A stretch of 64,000 bases of DNA, from contig JBFMEV010000011.1 in assembly GCA_040752335.1 (NCBI GenBank), positions 7,465-71,464 on the forward strand. The letters run 5' to 3'. The notes beneath the pieces are model-generated. The model was not told the DNA's origin. It searched no databases and saw only the letters and a program-made list of their open reading frames with translations. Below, one piece after another: positions 41,718 to 50,603 of this stretch. This stretch comes from Chloroflexota bacterium. GTDB lineage: Bacteria > Chloroflexota > Limnocylindria > Limnocylindrales > CSP1-4. Both the position numbers and the translations under genes were made by a program. The number at the start of each line of letters is the position of its first letter. The stretch's first letter is position 1.

Positions 41718-41761
41718 GGGCGGTCCCTGACCGTCCCGGCCGAGGCCGGTAGCATGGGCGG

Positions 41762-43390
41762 GTGACCAGGGCACCCAACGCGCTCGTCGCGGTCGACGCC
41801 GGCGCGGCCACCACCGCCGTCGCCCTGCTGGGCCGCCCCGCGGAGCGCTGGCGGCTGGTCGGCTCGCTGGCCGCCCCGGCCGGCGTCGACGAGACCGACC
41901 TGACCGAGGTCCTGGCCACCCGCGTCCGGGCGGCCGACCCGGCCCTCGCCGACGCGATCGGGCTGCGGCCCGACGGTCTCGACGGCCTGCCGCGCCTGGT
42001 GAGCCGAAGCGCCCCGCCCCGGACCCTCGTCGTCATCGGCGCCTCGCGCCGGAGCGTGGCAATCCTCGAATCGATCGCTGCCCGAACCGCCTGGCGGGTC
42101 ATCGGCGCCTCGACCGAGAGCCACGACCCCCGTGAGATGACGGAGCTGGCGCTGCGGGCCGATGTCTCGGCCGTGCTCCTCTCGGCCGGCGATCCGCCGG
42201 GTCCCGACGAGCGGCCGTCGCTCGACGACCTCGCCGGCCTCGTCGGGGCGGCGGCCCGTCGCCGACCCGAGCTCCAGGTTGTCGTGGCGCCGGCCATCCG
42301 TCGTCGAGGGGCCTGGCTCGAGAGCCTGGGCGCGGATCCGCCCGGGAATCCCGACCGGATCGTGGACGCCCCGCCGATCGGCCAGCGACGGTCCGCCGAC
42401 GAGGGCCTCCGGGACGTCCTGGACGGGCTCCTCGCCGACCGCCACGACGGCCGTCGGGGCCTCCGCGCGACCGCGGCGTCGCTGGCCGACCTTCTCGAGC
42501 GACGGGTCGAGATCGTCGAGGTCGGTCACGACGGCGGCACCCGGGTCGTGGCGGGTCCGGGCGCCCCCGGCGACGATCCGACCTGCTCGGCGGTCACGAC
42601 GGCCCGCGGCGCGCTCGTGCCGCCCGAGCCGGACGACGCGCTCGTCGACCAGGTCCTCGCCTGGACGACGGGCAGCCTCGACCGCCACCGGATGGGCGAT
42701 CGGCTGCGCGACCTCCGCGCCGCGCCGTGGTCGGACGGGGCCGGCGACGGGGCGCGCCTGCGGCTGGCGGCCGCCCGGGCGGCACTCGCCCGGATCGCGG
42801 CCCTGACGCCCGAGCTCGCCGCCCTCCCGCCCCCGGATCTGCTGATCGTCGCCGGCGGCTGCTTCGCGGTCGCGCCCGGCGCCGCGGTCATGCTCGCCGT
42901 AGCCGACACCCTGCGGCGGACCGGCGCCACCCAGGTGGCGCTCGACCCGGCCCGACTCCTTGGCCCGATCGGCACGATCGAGGATCCGCTCGAGCGGCGG
43001 GCGCTCCTGGCCGACCTCGCCGGGGATGCTCTCGTGCCCCTCGGCAGCGTCGTCCTGGCGGCCGGTCTCGGTACCCGCCGCGACGACGGGCGCGTCGGCC
43101 ATCTCACCCTCGAGCACGACGGCGCCAGGGTGGACCATGACCTCGTCGCCGGCGAGCTGGCGTTCCTCGACCTCCCGCCCGGCGCCCCTGCGACGGCGAA
43201 GTTCGAGCTGCGCGAGACCGCCCGGCTGGGTCGCCGGACCCGCCGTGTCTCGGTCGCGGTCGGCGGCGGGATCGCCGGTCTGCTCATCGACCTTCGCGAC
43301 ATCCCGCTCCGGCTGCCCGATCGGCGCGACCGCCGGCGGAGCGTGATCGCGGCCTGGTCGGCCCTGGCCTGGCCGGGAGACGAGCGATGA
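41762..43390 (+). CDS. Hypothetical 542-aa protein, possibly ASKHA-fold (GlmL/MutL-like) with a degenerate phosphate-1 motif
   Basis: GTG start. N-terminal ALVAVDAGAATTAVALLG follows the DxGxxT pattern. Later ...DLLIVAGGCFAVAPGAAVML... resembles an ASKHA adenosine motif. No confident family assignment is possible from sequence alone. Confidence 0.5.
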   Translation: MTRAPNALVAVDAGAATTAVALLGRPAERWRLVGSLAAPAGVDETDLTEVLATRVRAADPALADAIGLRPDGLDGLPRLVSRSAPPRTLVVIGASRRSVAILESIAARTAWRVIGASTESHDPREMTELALRADVSAVLLSAGDPPGPDERPSLDDLAGLVGAAARRRPELQVVVAPAIRRRGAWLESLGADPPGNPDRIVDAPPIGQRRSADEGLRDVLDGLLADRHDGRRGLRATAASLADLLERRVEIVEVGHDGGTRVVAGPGAPGDDPTCSAVTTARGALVPPEPDDALVDQVLAWTTGSLDRHRMGDRLRDLRAAPWSDGAGDGARLRLAAARAALARIAALTPELAALPPPDLLIVAGGCFAVAPGAAVMLAVADTLRRTGATQVALDPARLLGPIGTIEDPLERRALLADLAGDALVPLGSVVLAAGLGTRRDDGRVGHLTLEHDGARVDHDLVAGELAFLDLPPGAPATAKFELRETARLGRRTRRVSVAVGGGIAGLLIDLRDIPLRLPDRRDRRRSVIAAWSALAWPGDER

Positions 43391-44454
43391 CCGCGGTTCG
43401 CCGCGGCGAGGCCCGCCCCGGAACCGCGCGCGCCGCCGGCCCGGGAGCGGTCGCCCCGCCGGATGGCCTGGCCCTCGTCCGGGCCCGATCGGTGGTCATC
43501 GGGCCCGTCGAGACGACGTTTGCGCTCCGGCCCGGCGACCGGCCGCTCGTCGCCCACGGCGAGGCCGTCGTCCGGGGCGCGCCGCTCGCCGACCGTCTCC
43601 GCGATCTCCGGACCGAGGTCGTGGATGCGCCGCTCGACGCCGACGCAGCAGTCCCCGGAGGCGAGTGGACGCCGCCGCCGTCGCGCCGCCATGCCGAGCC
43701 CGCGCCGGAGCGAGGTGAGCTCCTCTTCCAGAGTGGCCGGCGCTGGCGTATCGGGACCGGCAACCATCACGAGCGACTCGAGGCGCCGTTCGCCGGGATC
43801 GTTCGCGAGGTCCGCCGCGGAACCGGGCTCGGGCTTCAGGCGCCGGCCCGGGCCGTCCTGGGCCGCGAGGTCCTGGGTGGTCCGACGTCGGGCCGCCTCG
43901 AGATCGTCGCCCCGCGAGACGGCGGGGTGCGGGCGCCCGAGATCGACGTGGGCGGGACCGGCGCAATCCTGGTCGTCGGTGCCCACATCGACGCCGAGGC
44001 GATCACCCGCGCGCGGGCGGTCGGCGTCCGGGGCATCGTGGTGGCGTCGCTCGGGGTGAAGGAGCGGCGCGACGTCCTCGCCTCGGAGCGACGGGGCCAG
44101 GCCGCGGTTCACGGCCCACCGCCGTTCGCCATCCTCGTCCTCGACGGCGCCGTGCGCCGTCCGATCGCGTCGCCGCTCATGGCGGTCCTGGAGCGCGTCA
44201 GCGGCCTCCCCGTGGCGATCGTCGACGATCCGCCCTGCCTGGTGATCGACGACGCCGGGGTGGACCTGCCCGCGCCGGAGCCGGACCTGGTGCGGGTCCT
44301 GGCCGGGCCGCTGGCCGGCGCGGAGGGTCGCTGGGCCGGTCTCGCCGGGCCGCATCGCTTCCCGGGCGGCGTGGTTCTCGAGGCCGGCTACGTCCGGTTC
44401 GGGGAGCGCCCGCCCGTCGCCGTCCCGCTGGGCGACCTGGAACGCTTCATCTGA
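43387..44454 (+). CDS. Hypothetical 355-aa protein, translationally coupled (ATGA) to the preceding gene
   Basis: ATG 43387 overlaps the upstream stop. Coding-like composition, e.g. ...GTGAILVVGAHIDAEAITRARAVGVRGIVVASLGVKERRDVL.... No recognisable domain. Confidence 0.5.
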   Translation: MTAVRRGEARPGTARAAGPGAVAPPDGLALVRARSVVIGPVETTFALRPGDRPLVAHGEAVVRGAPLADRLRDLRTEVVDAPLDADAAVPGGEWTPPPSRRHAEPAPERGELLFQSGRRWRIGTGNHHERLEAPFAGIVREVRRGTGLGLQAPARAVLGREVLGGPTSGRLEIVAPRDGGVRAPEIDVGGTGAILVVGAHIDAEAITRARAVGVRGIVVASLGVKERRDVLASERRGQAAVHGPPPFAILVLDGAVRRPIASPLMAVLERVSGLPVAIVDDPPCLVIDDAGVDLPAPEPDLVRVLAGPLAGAEGRWAGLAGPHRFPGGVVLEAGYVRFGERPPVAVPLGDLERFI

Positions 44455-44482
44455 AGGCGTCGCGCCGGCGCTCTACCGGGGA

Positions 44483-44734
44483 CTAGTCGCCAGCGCCTGC
44501 GTGGATCGGGTCGGACTTGTCGCGCCCGCATCCTGGGACGCCACAGCGTTCCCGATGAGCGTGGCCGTTGGCCACCGACACGGAGCCGATCGTCCCGTAG
44601 CTGAGCCCAGCCCCGCCACCGGGGGCTATGGCCGAGGCCCCGGGATCGAACGACTGGGTGAACCAGTGCGGCTCGCCGGGGTCAACCGACTTCGGGTCGC
44701 TCCGGCCCTGCGGGAGCCGCAACCTGAGCTTCAT
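44483..44734 (-). CDS. Small hypothetical protein (83 aa) on the minus strand, the only antisense gene in the first 50 kb
   Basis: ATG is preceded by AGAGGAG at ~9 nt. MKLRLRLPQGRSDPKSVDPGEPHWFTQSFDPGASAIAPGGGAGLSYGTIGSVSVANGHAHRERCGVPGCGRDKSDPIHAGAGD. Third-position GC is about 85%, matching the genome's coding bias. It lies in a 410-nt gap between hyp2 and tsaE. Confidence 0.45.
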   Translation of the reverse strand: MKLRLRLPQGRSDPKSVDPGEPHWFTQSFDPGASAIAPGGGAGLSYGTIGSVSVANGHAHRERCGVPGCGRDKSDPIHAGAGD

Positions 44735-44864
44735 TGTCTCGAGCTCCTCTCTCGCGCACGCCCAGCCTGGGTCAGGCACCTGGGATGTCAAGGTCCGGAT
44801 GTCCCGATCCTCGGGCGGGTGCCACGACCGGCAGGCCAGCGGACCATCGGCTACGCTCGGCCGG

Positions 44865-45368
44865 ATGACCCCTGCACAGCTCGCGATCGAGCGTGTCACG
44901 ACCAGTGAAGAGGCGACGCAGCGGCTGGCCGCGGCGCTTGCCGGCGTCGCCGCGCCCGGCGACCTGGTCTGCCTGTGGGGCGAGCTGGGCGCCGGCAAGA
45001 CAGCCTTCGCGAGGGGGTTCGGGCGAGGGCTCGGGGTCACGACCACGATCAGCTCACCGACGTTCATCCTCATGGCCGAGCACGAGGGTCGCCTGCCGCT
45101 CTTCCACCTGGACCTGTACCGGCTCACCGATGCCAGCGACGCCTGGGCCGGCGGGCTCATCGACGACCGGCAGGCCGCAGGGGTCACGCTCGTCGAGTGG
45201 CCGGATCGCTTCGGGCGGGCGCTCCCGGCTTCGCGCCTGGATGTCCGGTTCGATGGCCTCGGCGATGCGCCCCGGCGGATCCGCATCGAGACGGCGCGAT
45301 CGTCCCTGGCACGCTACGTCGCGGCAGGTGAAGCGGCCGAGCTCGACGACGCCGTGGCGGCCCGATGA
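44865..45368 (+). CDS. tsaE: tRNA threonylcarbamoyladenosine biosynthesis ATPase TsaE
   Basis: ATG 44865. MTPAQLAIERVTTSEEATQRLAAALAGVAAPGDLVCLWGELGAGKTAFARGFGRGLGV...SPTFIL... is the YjeE P-loop signature. Confidence 0.85.
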   Translation: MTPAQLAIERVTTSEEATQRLAAALAGVAAPGDLVCLWGELGAGKTAFARGFGRGLGVTTTISSPTFILMAEHEGRLPLFHLDLYRLTDASDAWAGGLIDDRQAAGVTLVEWPDRFGRALPASRLDVRFDGLGDAPRRIRIETARSSLARYVAAGEAAELDDAVAAR

Positions 45369-46072
45369 CGCCGACGCGCGACGGCCGGCCATGGCTCCTG
45401 GCGATCGACACGGGGACGTCGAAGATCGTGATCGCCGCCGGCTCGGTCGATGGCCGCGTCCTGGCCGCGATCGACGAGCCGGCCGGGCATCGTCACGGCG
45501 AGCGGCTCCTGGCCGGGGTCGAGCGGCTCGTCGGCGCAGCGCACCTCGACCTTCGGGCGCTTGCCGGGATCGTTGTGGGGATCGGGCCGGGCGCGTTCAC
45601 CGGCCTGCGGGTCGGGCTCGCGACGGCGAAGACGCTGGCCCACGCCAGGGGTCTCCCGATCGCCGGGATCGGGACCGGTGAGGCGCTGCTCCGGGCGGCC
45701 GAGACGGACCCCGGCGAACGGTCGACGCGCCGCAACGACCTCGTCCTGCTCCTGCCGGCGGGTCCCCACGACCGGCTCGAGGTTCGGCCGGGCCGCGATG
45801 CCCGCCTCCTTCCAGGCGGCATGGAACCCGACCTCGGCCCGAGCGACGTCCTCGTCGCGGTGGATCTCGCGGGCCGGGCGCCTCAGGCCGCCGTCGCCAG
45901 CGGCGAGCGGGCGCTCGCCGGCCTCGCCGCCGCACTCGTCGAGCTGGGTGCCCGGCGCCTGGCAGCCGGCTTCGGCGATGACCCGGCCCGGCTCGTGCCG
46001 GAATACGTCAGCCTGCCGCGCGGCGTCCGCGTGGCCGGCGGGGAGATCGAGTGGTCGCACGGCCCCCGGTGA
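45365..46072 (+). CDS. tsaB: tRNA t6A biosynthesis protein TsaB (YeaZ)
   Basis: ATGA overlap with tsaE. ...WLLAIDTGTSKIVIAAG... and ...GIGPGAFTGLRVGLATAKTLA... are YeaZ/Kae1-family motifs, without the metal-binding HxxH. Confidence 0.85.
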   Translation: MTPTRDGRPWLLAIDTGTSKIVIAAGSVDGRVLAAIDEPAGHRHGERLLAGVERLVGAAHLDLRALAGIVVGIGPGAFTGLRVGLATAKTLAHARGLPIAGIGTGEALLRAAETDPGERSTRRNDLVLLLPAGPHDRLEVRPGRDARLLPGGMEPDLGPSDVLVAVDLAGRAPQAAVASGERALAGLAAALVELGARRLAAGFGDDPARLVPEYVSLPRGVRVAGGEIEWSHGPR

Positions 46073-46089
46073 GGCTCCGCGTCGGCCCG

Positions 46090-46728
46090 ATGACGGTTGA
46101 TGACCTGTCCGAGGTCCACCGGATCGAGCGGGCGAGCTTCAGCGTGCCGTGGCCGGACGACGCCTATCGCAGCGAGCTCGTGGCCAACCGGCTGGCGTCG
46201 TATCTCGTCGTCCGGGTCGATGGCCAGGCCGGGATCATCGCCTACGGCGGGATCTGGCTGATGGTTGACGAGGCCCACATCACCACCTTCGCGGTCGATC
46301 CTGCCTGGCGCCGCCAGGGGGTGGGGGAGACGCTCCTCACGGCGCTCCTCGACCTGGCCGTGGCCCGTCACGCCCGGGAAGCGACGCTCGAGGTCCGGCT
46401 GTCCAACCTTCCGGCCCGGCGCCTCTATGAGAAGTACGGCTTCCGGCCGGTCGGCCTCAGGCCGCGCTACTACTCCGACAACGGCGAGGATGCCCTGATC
46501 ATGACCACCGAGCCGCTGACCGGCGGTTCGATGCGAGGGCGCCTCGCCGCTCTCCGCGCGGCGCTCGAGGCGGCGCCGCCGCCGTCGGGTCCCGCCGAGA
46601 TCGCCGGGCCGGGATCGCCCGGTGGGGCGATCGAGCCGCCCGGTGGCGCGATCGAGCCGCCCGGTGGCGCGATCGACCCGCCCGGCGCTCGGCCGCTGGC
46701 CCCGCGCGGCCCCGGTCCACGCTCGTGA
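46090..46728 (+). CDS. rimI: Ribosomal-protein-alanine N-acetyltransferase with a C-terminal (PGGAIEP)x3 repeat tail
   Basis: GNAT motifs ...AVDPAWRRQGVGETLL... and ...YEKYGF. A 21-bp in-frame tandem lies at 46618..46690. The start could instead be ATG 46051, which overlaps tsaB. Confidence 0.8.
   Translation: MTVDDLSEVHRIERASFSVPWPDDAYRSELVANRLASYLVVRVDGQAGIIAYGGIWLMVDEAHITTFAVDPAWRRQGVGETLLTALLDLAVARHAREATLEVRLSNLPARRLYEKYGFRPVGLRPRYYSDNGEDALIMTTEPLTGGSMRGRLAALRAALEAAPPPSGPAEIAGPGSPGGAIEPPGGAIEPPGGAIDPPGARPLAPRGPGPRS
46618..46690 (+). repeat. 21-bp tandem repeat x3.3 (CCCGGTGGCGCGATCGAGCCG) inside the rimI 3' end
   Basis: The copies are directly visible at 46618-46638, 46639-46659 and 46660-46680, with a partial fourth. 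They encode PGGAIEP repeats. Confidence 0.9.
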
Positions 46729-47789
46729 CCGGCCCGCTGATCCTGGCCATCGAGTCGTCGTGCGACGAGACCGGGATCGCCCTCGTCGAGGGCGGTCGCC
46801 GGATTCACGGCAACGTCGTCGCGAGCCAGGTCGCCCTCCATGCCCCGACCGGAGGGATCGTGCCCGAGGTCGCCGCCCGGGCCCATCTCCGCTGGATCCT
46901 GCCGGTCCTGGACGACGCCCTGGCCGATGCCGGCGCCACCATCGATGACGTCGATGCGGTCGCGGTGACCCACGGGCCCGGCCTGGCGGGGTCGTTGCTC
47001 GTCGGGATCAACACCGCCAAGACCCTGGCCTGGGTCCACGCCAAGCCGCTCGTCGGGGTGAACCACCTCGAGGGCCACGTCTATGCCGCCTGGCTGCTGG
47101 ACCCCGACCAGGCCGACGCCGCCGAGCCGGTGTTCCCGCTCGTGGCCCTGGTCGTGTCGGGTGGCCACACCTTCCTGGTCGAGATGCGCGACCACCTGGA
47201 GTACCGGCTCCTCGGCCAGACCGTCGACGATGCCGCCGGTGAGGCGTTCGACAAGGTCGGCCGTCTGCTCGGCCTGGGCTATCCGGGCGGCCCGGCAATC
47301 CAGCAGGCGGCCGAGGCCGCGCGCCACCATGACGCGGCGTTCCCGCGGGCCTGGCTCGGCGAGTCCTTCGACTTCAGCTTCTCAGGTCTCAAGACCGCCG
47401 CTCGCCGGATCGTCGAGGCCGAGCGGCTGCAGGCCGGGATCGCGGACGAGCCAGCGGTGCCCCTGCCCTCGCCGCGCGTCGCCGAGCTCGCCTGGGGCTT
47501 CCAGGATTCGGTCGCCGACGTTCTCGTCACCAAGACGATCCGGGCTGCCCGGGCCTGCAGGGCGCGATCGATCGTCCTCGGTGGCGGCGTCGCCGCCAAC
47601 GCCGCCCTGCGCGAGCGACTGGTGGCCGAGGCGGCCGACCTCGGGACCCCGCTGATCATCCCGAGAGCCGGGCTGTGCACCGACAACGGAGCGATGATCG
47701 GCGCCGCGGCAGCCCGGCGCTTCGAGGCCGGCGAGCGGGCCGGCCTTGACCTGGATGCTCGACCGTCGCTGCCCCTGGCGTCACGATGA
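46725..47789 (+). CDS. tsaD: tRNA N6-adenosine threonylcarbamoyltransferase TsaD (Kae1/Gcp)
   Basis: GTG overlaps the rimI stop. ...LILAIESSCDETGIALV... and metal-binding ...VNHLEGHV.... Confidence 0.9.
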   Translation: MTGPLILAIESSCDETGIALVEGGRRIHGNVVASQVALHAPTGGIVPEVAARAHLRWILPVLDDALADAGATIDDVDAVAVTHGPGLAGSLLVGINTAKTLAWVHAKPLVGVNHLEGHVYAAWLLDPDQADAAEPVFPLVALVVSGGHTFLVEMRDHLEYRLLGQTVDDAAGEAFDKVGRLLGLGYPGGPAIQQAAEAARHHDAAFPRAWLGESFDFSFSGLKTAARRIVEAERLQAGIADEPAVPLPSPRVAELAWGFQDSVADVLVTKTIRAARACRARSIVLGGGVAANAALRERLVAEAADLGTPLIIPRAGLCTDNGAMIGAAAARRFEAGERAGLDLDARPSLPLASR

Positions 47790-48694
47790 CCGGCCCCCGG
47801 TCCCGGGCGGCGCGGCTGGAACCCCTGGCCGTTCGGCGGCTCCTCCGGGACGAGGGCCTGCGGGCCCGCCACTCGCTGTCCCAGAACTTCCTGGCCGACC
47901 CGGACGTCCTCGAGGCGATCCTGGAGGCGGCCGCGCCGTCGCCGGGCGACCGGATCCTGGAGATCGGCCCGGGGCTGGGGATCCTCACCGGCGCCCTGCT
48001 GGAGGCCGGGGCGGCCGTCACGGCCGTCGAGCTCGACGAGCGCCTGGCGGCCCTGGTCCGCGAGCGCCTCGGCCCGGCTCTCGCCGCCGGCACCCTCCGG
48101 GTCATCGAGGGCGACGCCCTGGACCAGGACCTGCGCCGGCTCGTGGCGCCGCCCTTCGCGGTCGTCGCCAACCTGCCGTACCACATCACGAGCCCGATCC
48201 TCCATCGGCTTCTCGGCCGCGCGCCGCGGCCCGAGCGGCTGGTCCTGATGGTCCAGTGGGAGGTCGCCGAGCGGCTGGCCGCGGCGCCCGGTCGGATGAG
48301 CTACCTGTCGGTCTTCGTCCAGTACCACGCCGAGGTGCGGATCGTGCGGCGCGTCCCCGCCTCGGCCTTCGAGCCGGCCCCGGCCGTCGAGTCCGCGGTG
48401 ATCGTCCTGGAGCCCCGCCGGCCGGGTTCGCGGCTGCCGGTCGACGTGTCAGGCGTCGCCGAGGCCGAGGACGCCCTCTGGGCGCTGGTCCAGGCCGGCT
48501 TCCGCGAGCGGCGCAAGATGATCCACAACGTCCTCGTCCGCCAGCTCGGCCTTCCGGCAATCCGGGTCGACGCCGCGCTCGCGGCGATCGGCATCGGGCG
48601 GGATCGGCGGCCCCAGACCCTGACCGTCGATGAGTGGCTCGGCCTCCGGGCAGCGCTCGACGCCGGGCCCGCCATCCGGACCGTCGATGGCTGA
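47786..48694 (+). CDS. rsmA: 16S rRNA (adenine1518/1519-N6)-dimethyltransferase
   Basis: ATGA overlap with tsaD. ...HSLSQNFLADPDVLEAIL..., SAM-binding ILEIGPGLGILT, and NLPYHITSPIL. Confidence 0.88.
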   Translation: MTGPRSRAARLEPLAVRRLLRDEGLRARHSLSQNFLADPDVLEAILEAAAPSPGDRILEIGPGLGILTGALLEAGAAVTAVELDERLAALVRERLGPALAAGTLRVIEGDALDQDLRRLVAPPFAVVANLPYHITSPILHRLLGRAPRPERLVLMVQWEVAERLAAAPGRMSYLSVFVQYHAEVRIVRRVPASAFEPAPAVESAVIVLEPRRPGSRLPVDVSGVAEAEDALWALVQAGFRERRKMIHNVLVRQLGLPAIRVDAALAAIGIGRDRRPQTLTVDEWLGLRAALDAGPAIRTVDG

Positions 48695-48720
48695 CCGCCG
48701 GTTCGCCGGGGCGGCCCGCG

Positions 48721-49770
48721 ATGGCTGATTCGGCCGGCCGCCTGGCGCCGGTCGTGCGCCTGGCCCCGGCGAAGCTCAACCTGACCCTCGCCGTCGTCGG
48801 CCGGCGCCCCGACGGCTTCCACGAGCTCCATTCGGTGATGGTCCCCCTGGCCCTCTCGGACCGCCTCAGCCTTGCCCGGGCGGTCAGCCCGCGTGACACG
48901 CTGCGCGTCGAGGGCCGGGACGCCGGCCCGGCGGCCGACAACCTCGTCCTGCGCGCGATCGGCCTGGCGCGGGCCGCGGTCGGGCGATCGGTCGATGCCT
49001 TCCCGCTCGCCGCGCGCCTCGAGAAACGGATCCCCGTGGCGGCCGGGCTGGCCGGTGGCAGCAGCGATGCCGCGGCCGCGATCGACGCCGCCCTCGAGGC
49101 CTGGGGACGGCTCGATCCCGCGGCCCCGCCGGACCCCGAGCTGGACGATCTCCGCCGCGCGGTGGCGGCCCGGGCCGGCTCGGACGTGCCGTTCTTCCTC
49201 GCCGGCGGGCCGGCGCTCGTCGAGGGGCGCGGCGAGCGGGTGACCCGGCTGGGCCCGATCCGGGGGGCGCCGCCCGGGGTCCTGCTCGTGACGCCCGCCG
49301 TCCCCTCGGCGACGCCCGACGTCTTCGCGGCCTTCGATGCCGGCGGTGCGGCGCTCCCGACGGACCCGCGATCCACCCGCCTGACGTCTGACCACCTGGC
49401 GGCCGAGCTGCGGTCCGGGCTGACCGCCGCGGCCCTGGTTGCGAGGGCCGGGGTCCTGGCCACCGCCAACGACCTCGGACCGGCAGCGGGTGCGGTCGTG
49501 GCCGGCCTCGGCGCCCTCCGCCGAGCTCTCGCACGGCGACTCGGCCGGCCGGTGGGCGTATCCGGCTCGGGGCCGACCCTGTGGGTCCTCTATCCTTCGG
49601 CATCCGAGGCGGAGATGGCCGCCGCCGAGGTCCGCGTCGGCCTCGACGATGGCTCGCTCGCGGCCCCCGGCGAGGCCCCGCCGGCGATCATTGCGACCTC
49701 GATCGCCGCGCCGGCGCCGGCCAGGCCGGCGACCACCATGACAGGCGACGGAACGGAGGAACGGACATGA
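48721..49770 (+). CDS. ispE: 4-diphosphocytidyl-2-C-methyl-D-erythritol kinase
   Basis: ATG 48721. ...APAKLNLTLAVVGRRPDGFHELHSVMVPL... and GHMP-kinase motif ...PVAAGLAGGSSDAAAA.... A/P-rich C-terminal tail. Confidence 0.85.
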   Translation: MADSAGRLAPVVRLAPAKLNLTLAVVGRRPDGFHELHSVMVPLALSDRLSLARAVSPRDTLRVEGRDAGPAADNLVLRAIGLARAAVGRSVDAFPLAARLEKRIPVAAGLAGGSSDAAAAIDAALEAWGRLDPAAPPDPELDDLRRAVAARAGSDVPFFLAGGPALVEGRGERVTRLGPIRGAPPGVLLVTPAVPSATPDVFAAFDAGGAALPTDPRSTRLTSDHLAAELRSGLTAAALVARAGVLATANDLGPAAGAVVAGLGALRRALARRLGRPVGVSGSGPTLWVLYPSASEAEMAAAEVRVGLDDGSLAAPGEAPPAIIATSIAAPAPARPATTMTGDGTEERT

Positions 49771-50150
49771 CCCGGCAGGCGGTCTCGACATCGGGCGCCC
49801 CGGCGGCCATCGGGCCGTACAGCCAGGGGATCGCCAGCGCCGATCTCGTGTTCTGCTCTGGCCAGCTCGGCCTGGACCCCACGACGGGCGAGCTGGCCCC
49901 GGGGGTCGAGGCCCAGGCCGAGCGTGCCCTCCGGAACCTCGCCGCGGTCCTCGATGCCGCGGGCTGCTCCTGGGGCGATGTCGTGAGGACGACGATCTAC
50001 CTGGCCGACATCGGCGACTTCGGTGCGGTCAACGGCATCTACGCCCGGTTCATGCCGGACCCACCGCCGGCCCGCTCGACGTTCGCCGTCGGGGCGCTGC
50101 CGAAGGGCGGCCTCGTCGAGATCGACGCCATCGCCTGCCGCAGGAGGTGA
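49767..50150 (+). CDS. ridA: RidA/YjgF-family reactive intermediate deaminase
   Basis: ATGA overlap with ispE. ...APAAIGPYSQGIASADLVFCSGQLGLDPTTGEL... and ...ARSTFAVGALPKGGLVEIDAIA. Confidence 0.85.
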   Translation: MTRQAVSTSGAPAAIGPYSQGIASADLVFCSGQLGLDPTTGELAPGVEAQAERALRNLAAVLDAAGCSWGDVVRTTIYLADIGDFGAVNGIYARFMPDPPPARSTFAVGALPKGGLVEIDAIACRRR

Positions 50151-50235
50151 CCGTCGCCTGCCGCAGGAGGTGACCGTCGCCTGCCGCAGGAGGTGACCTT
50201 CGCCCGCCGCAGAAGGTGACCTTCGCCCGCCACCC
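50131..50235 (+). repeat. 23-bp tandem repeat x~4.5 (TCGCCTGCCGCAGGAGGTGACCG), each copy containing GGAGGTGA; it begins inside the last codons of ridA
   Basis: Copies at 50131-53, 50154-76, 50177-99 and 50200-22 (degenerate), plus a partial copy at 50223-35. A related motif recurs at about 50412-50440 (CCGGAAGGTGACGGCTTTCGGCC). Confidence 0.9.
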
Positions 50236-50573
50236 CGGCGTGTCATTGGCTGCCAGTCACAGAAACGTGCGTCGGCTTGCCGCCCGGGCCGCTCAGGCCG
50301 CGGTTCGGCTCGCTTGCATGTCTGGTGGTCACTGAACCCTGCGCAAATGACCACGGCGCCTCTGGCCCGGCCTGGCAGGCCGGACTTCCCGGGCCGGCCG
50401 TCGCGTTTCGGCCTGACACACCGGAAGGTGACGGCTTTCGGCCCCGCCGCTGCACCAAACCGGCCCCCCGAGCCGAACCGCGGCATAGCGGGTCGGAATT
50501 CCGGCGTGTGGGTCCGGGCGCCGCTTCCCGGATCTCCACAAGAGAGGCTACGTCACTCAGCGCCGGCCCTCGA

Positions 50574-50603
50574 TTGACACTCCCGCGGCGCCGCCCATAC
50601 CCT
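50574..50603 (+). promoter_or_regulatory. Candidate glmU promoter: TTGACA-N18-TACCCT, implying a leaderless or near-leaderless transcript
   Basis: -35 TTGACA 50574-50579 and -10 TACCCT 50598-50603. The predicted TSS at about 50610 is 5 nt before ATG 50616. Confidence 0.35.

Noticed and set aside
40864-44454. DarT-DarG or other macro-domain toxin-antitoxin/defence system
   Set aside because: The macro protein is a short stand-alone domain that precedes, not follows, its partner. No DUF4433/ART-like, SIR2 or TIR protein is present. The large neighbours do not resemble known defence components.
50131-50235. CRISPR array (direct repeats of 23 bp)
   Set aside because: The copies are strictly head-to-tail with no spacers, 23 nt long, and overlap a stop codon. 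This is a tandem repeat, not a CRISPR.
50236-50570. Possible RNase P RNA, tmRNA or SRP RNA in the ridA-glmU gap (noticed ACAGAAAC on + and GGGAAGUCCGG on -)
   Set aside because: The P4-like halves lie on opposite strands. No CR-II/CR-III motifs (GGUAAGAGCGCACC-like) and no tRNA-like T-arm are present. SRP domain-IV similarity is weak. The region is left as an unexplained structured non-coding stretch.
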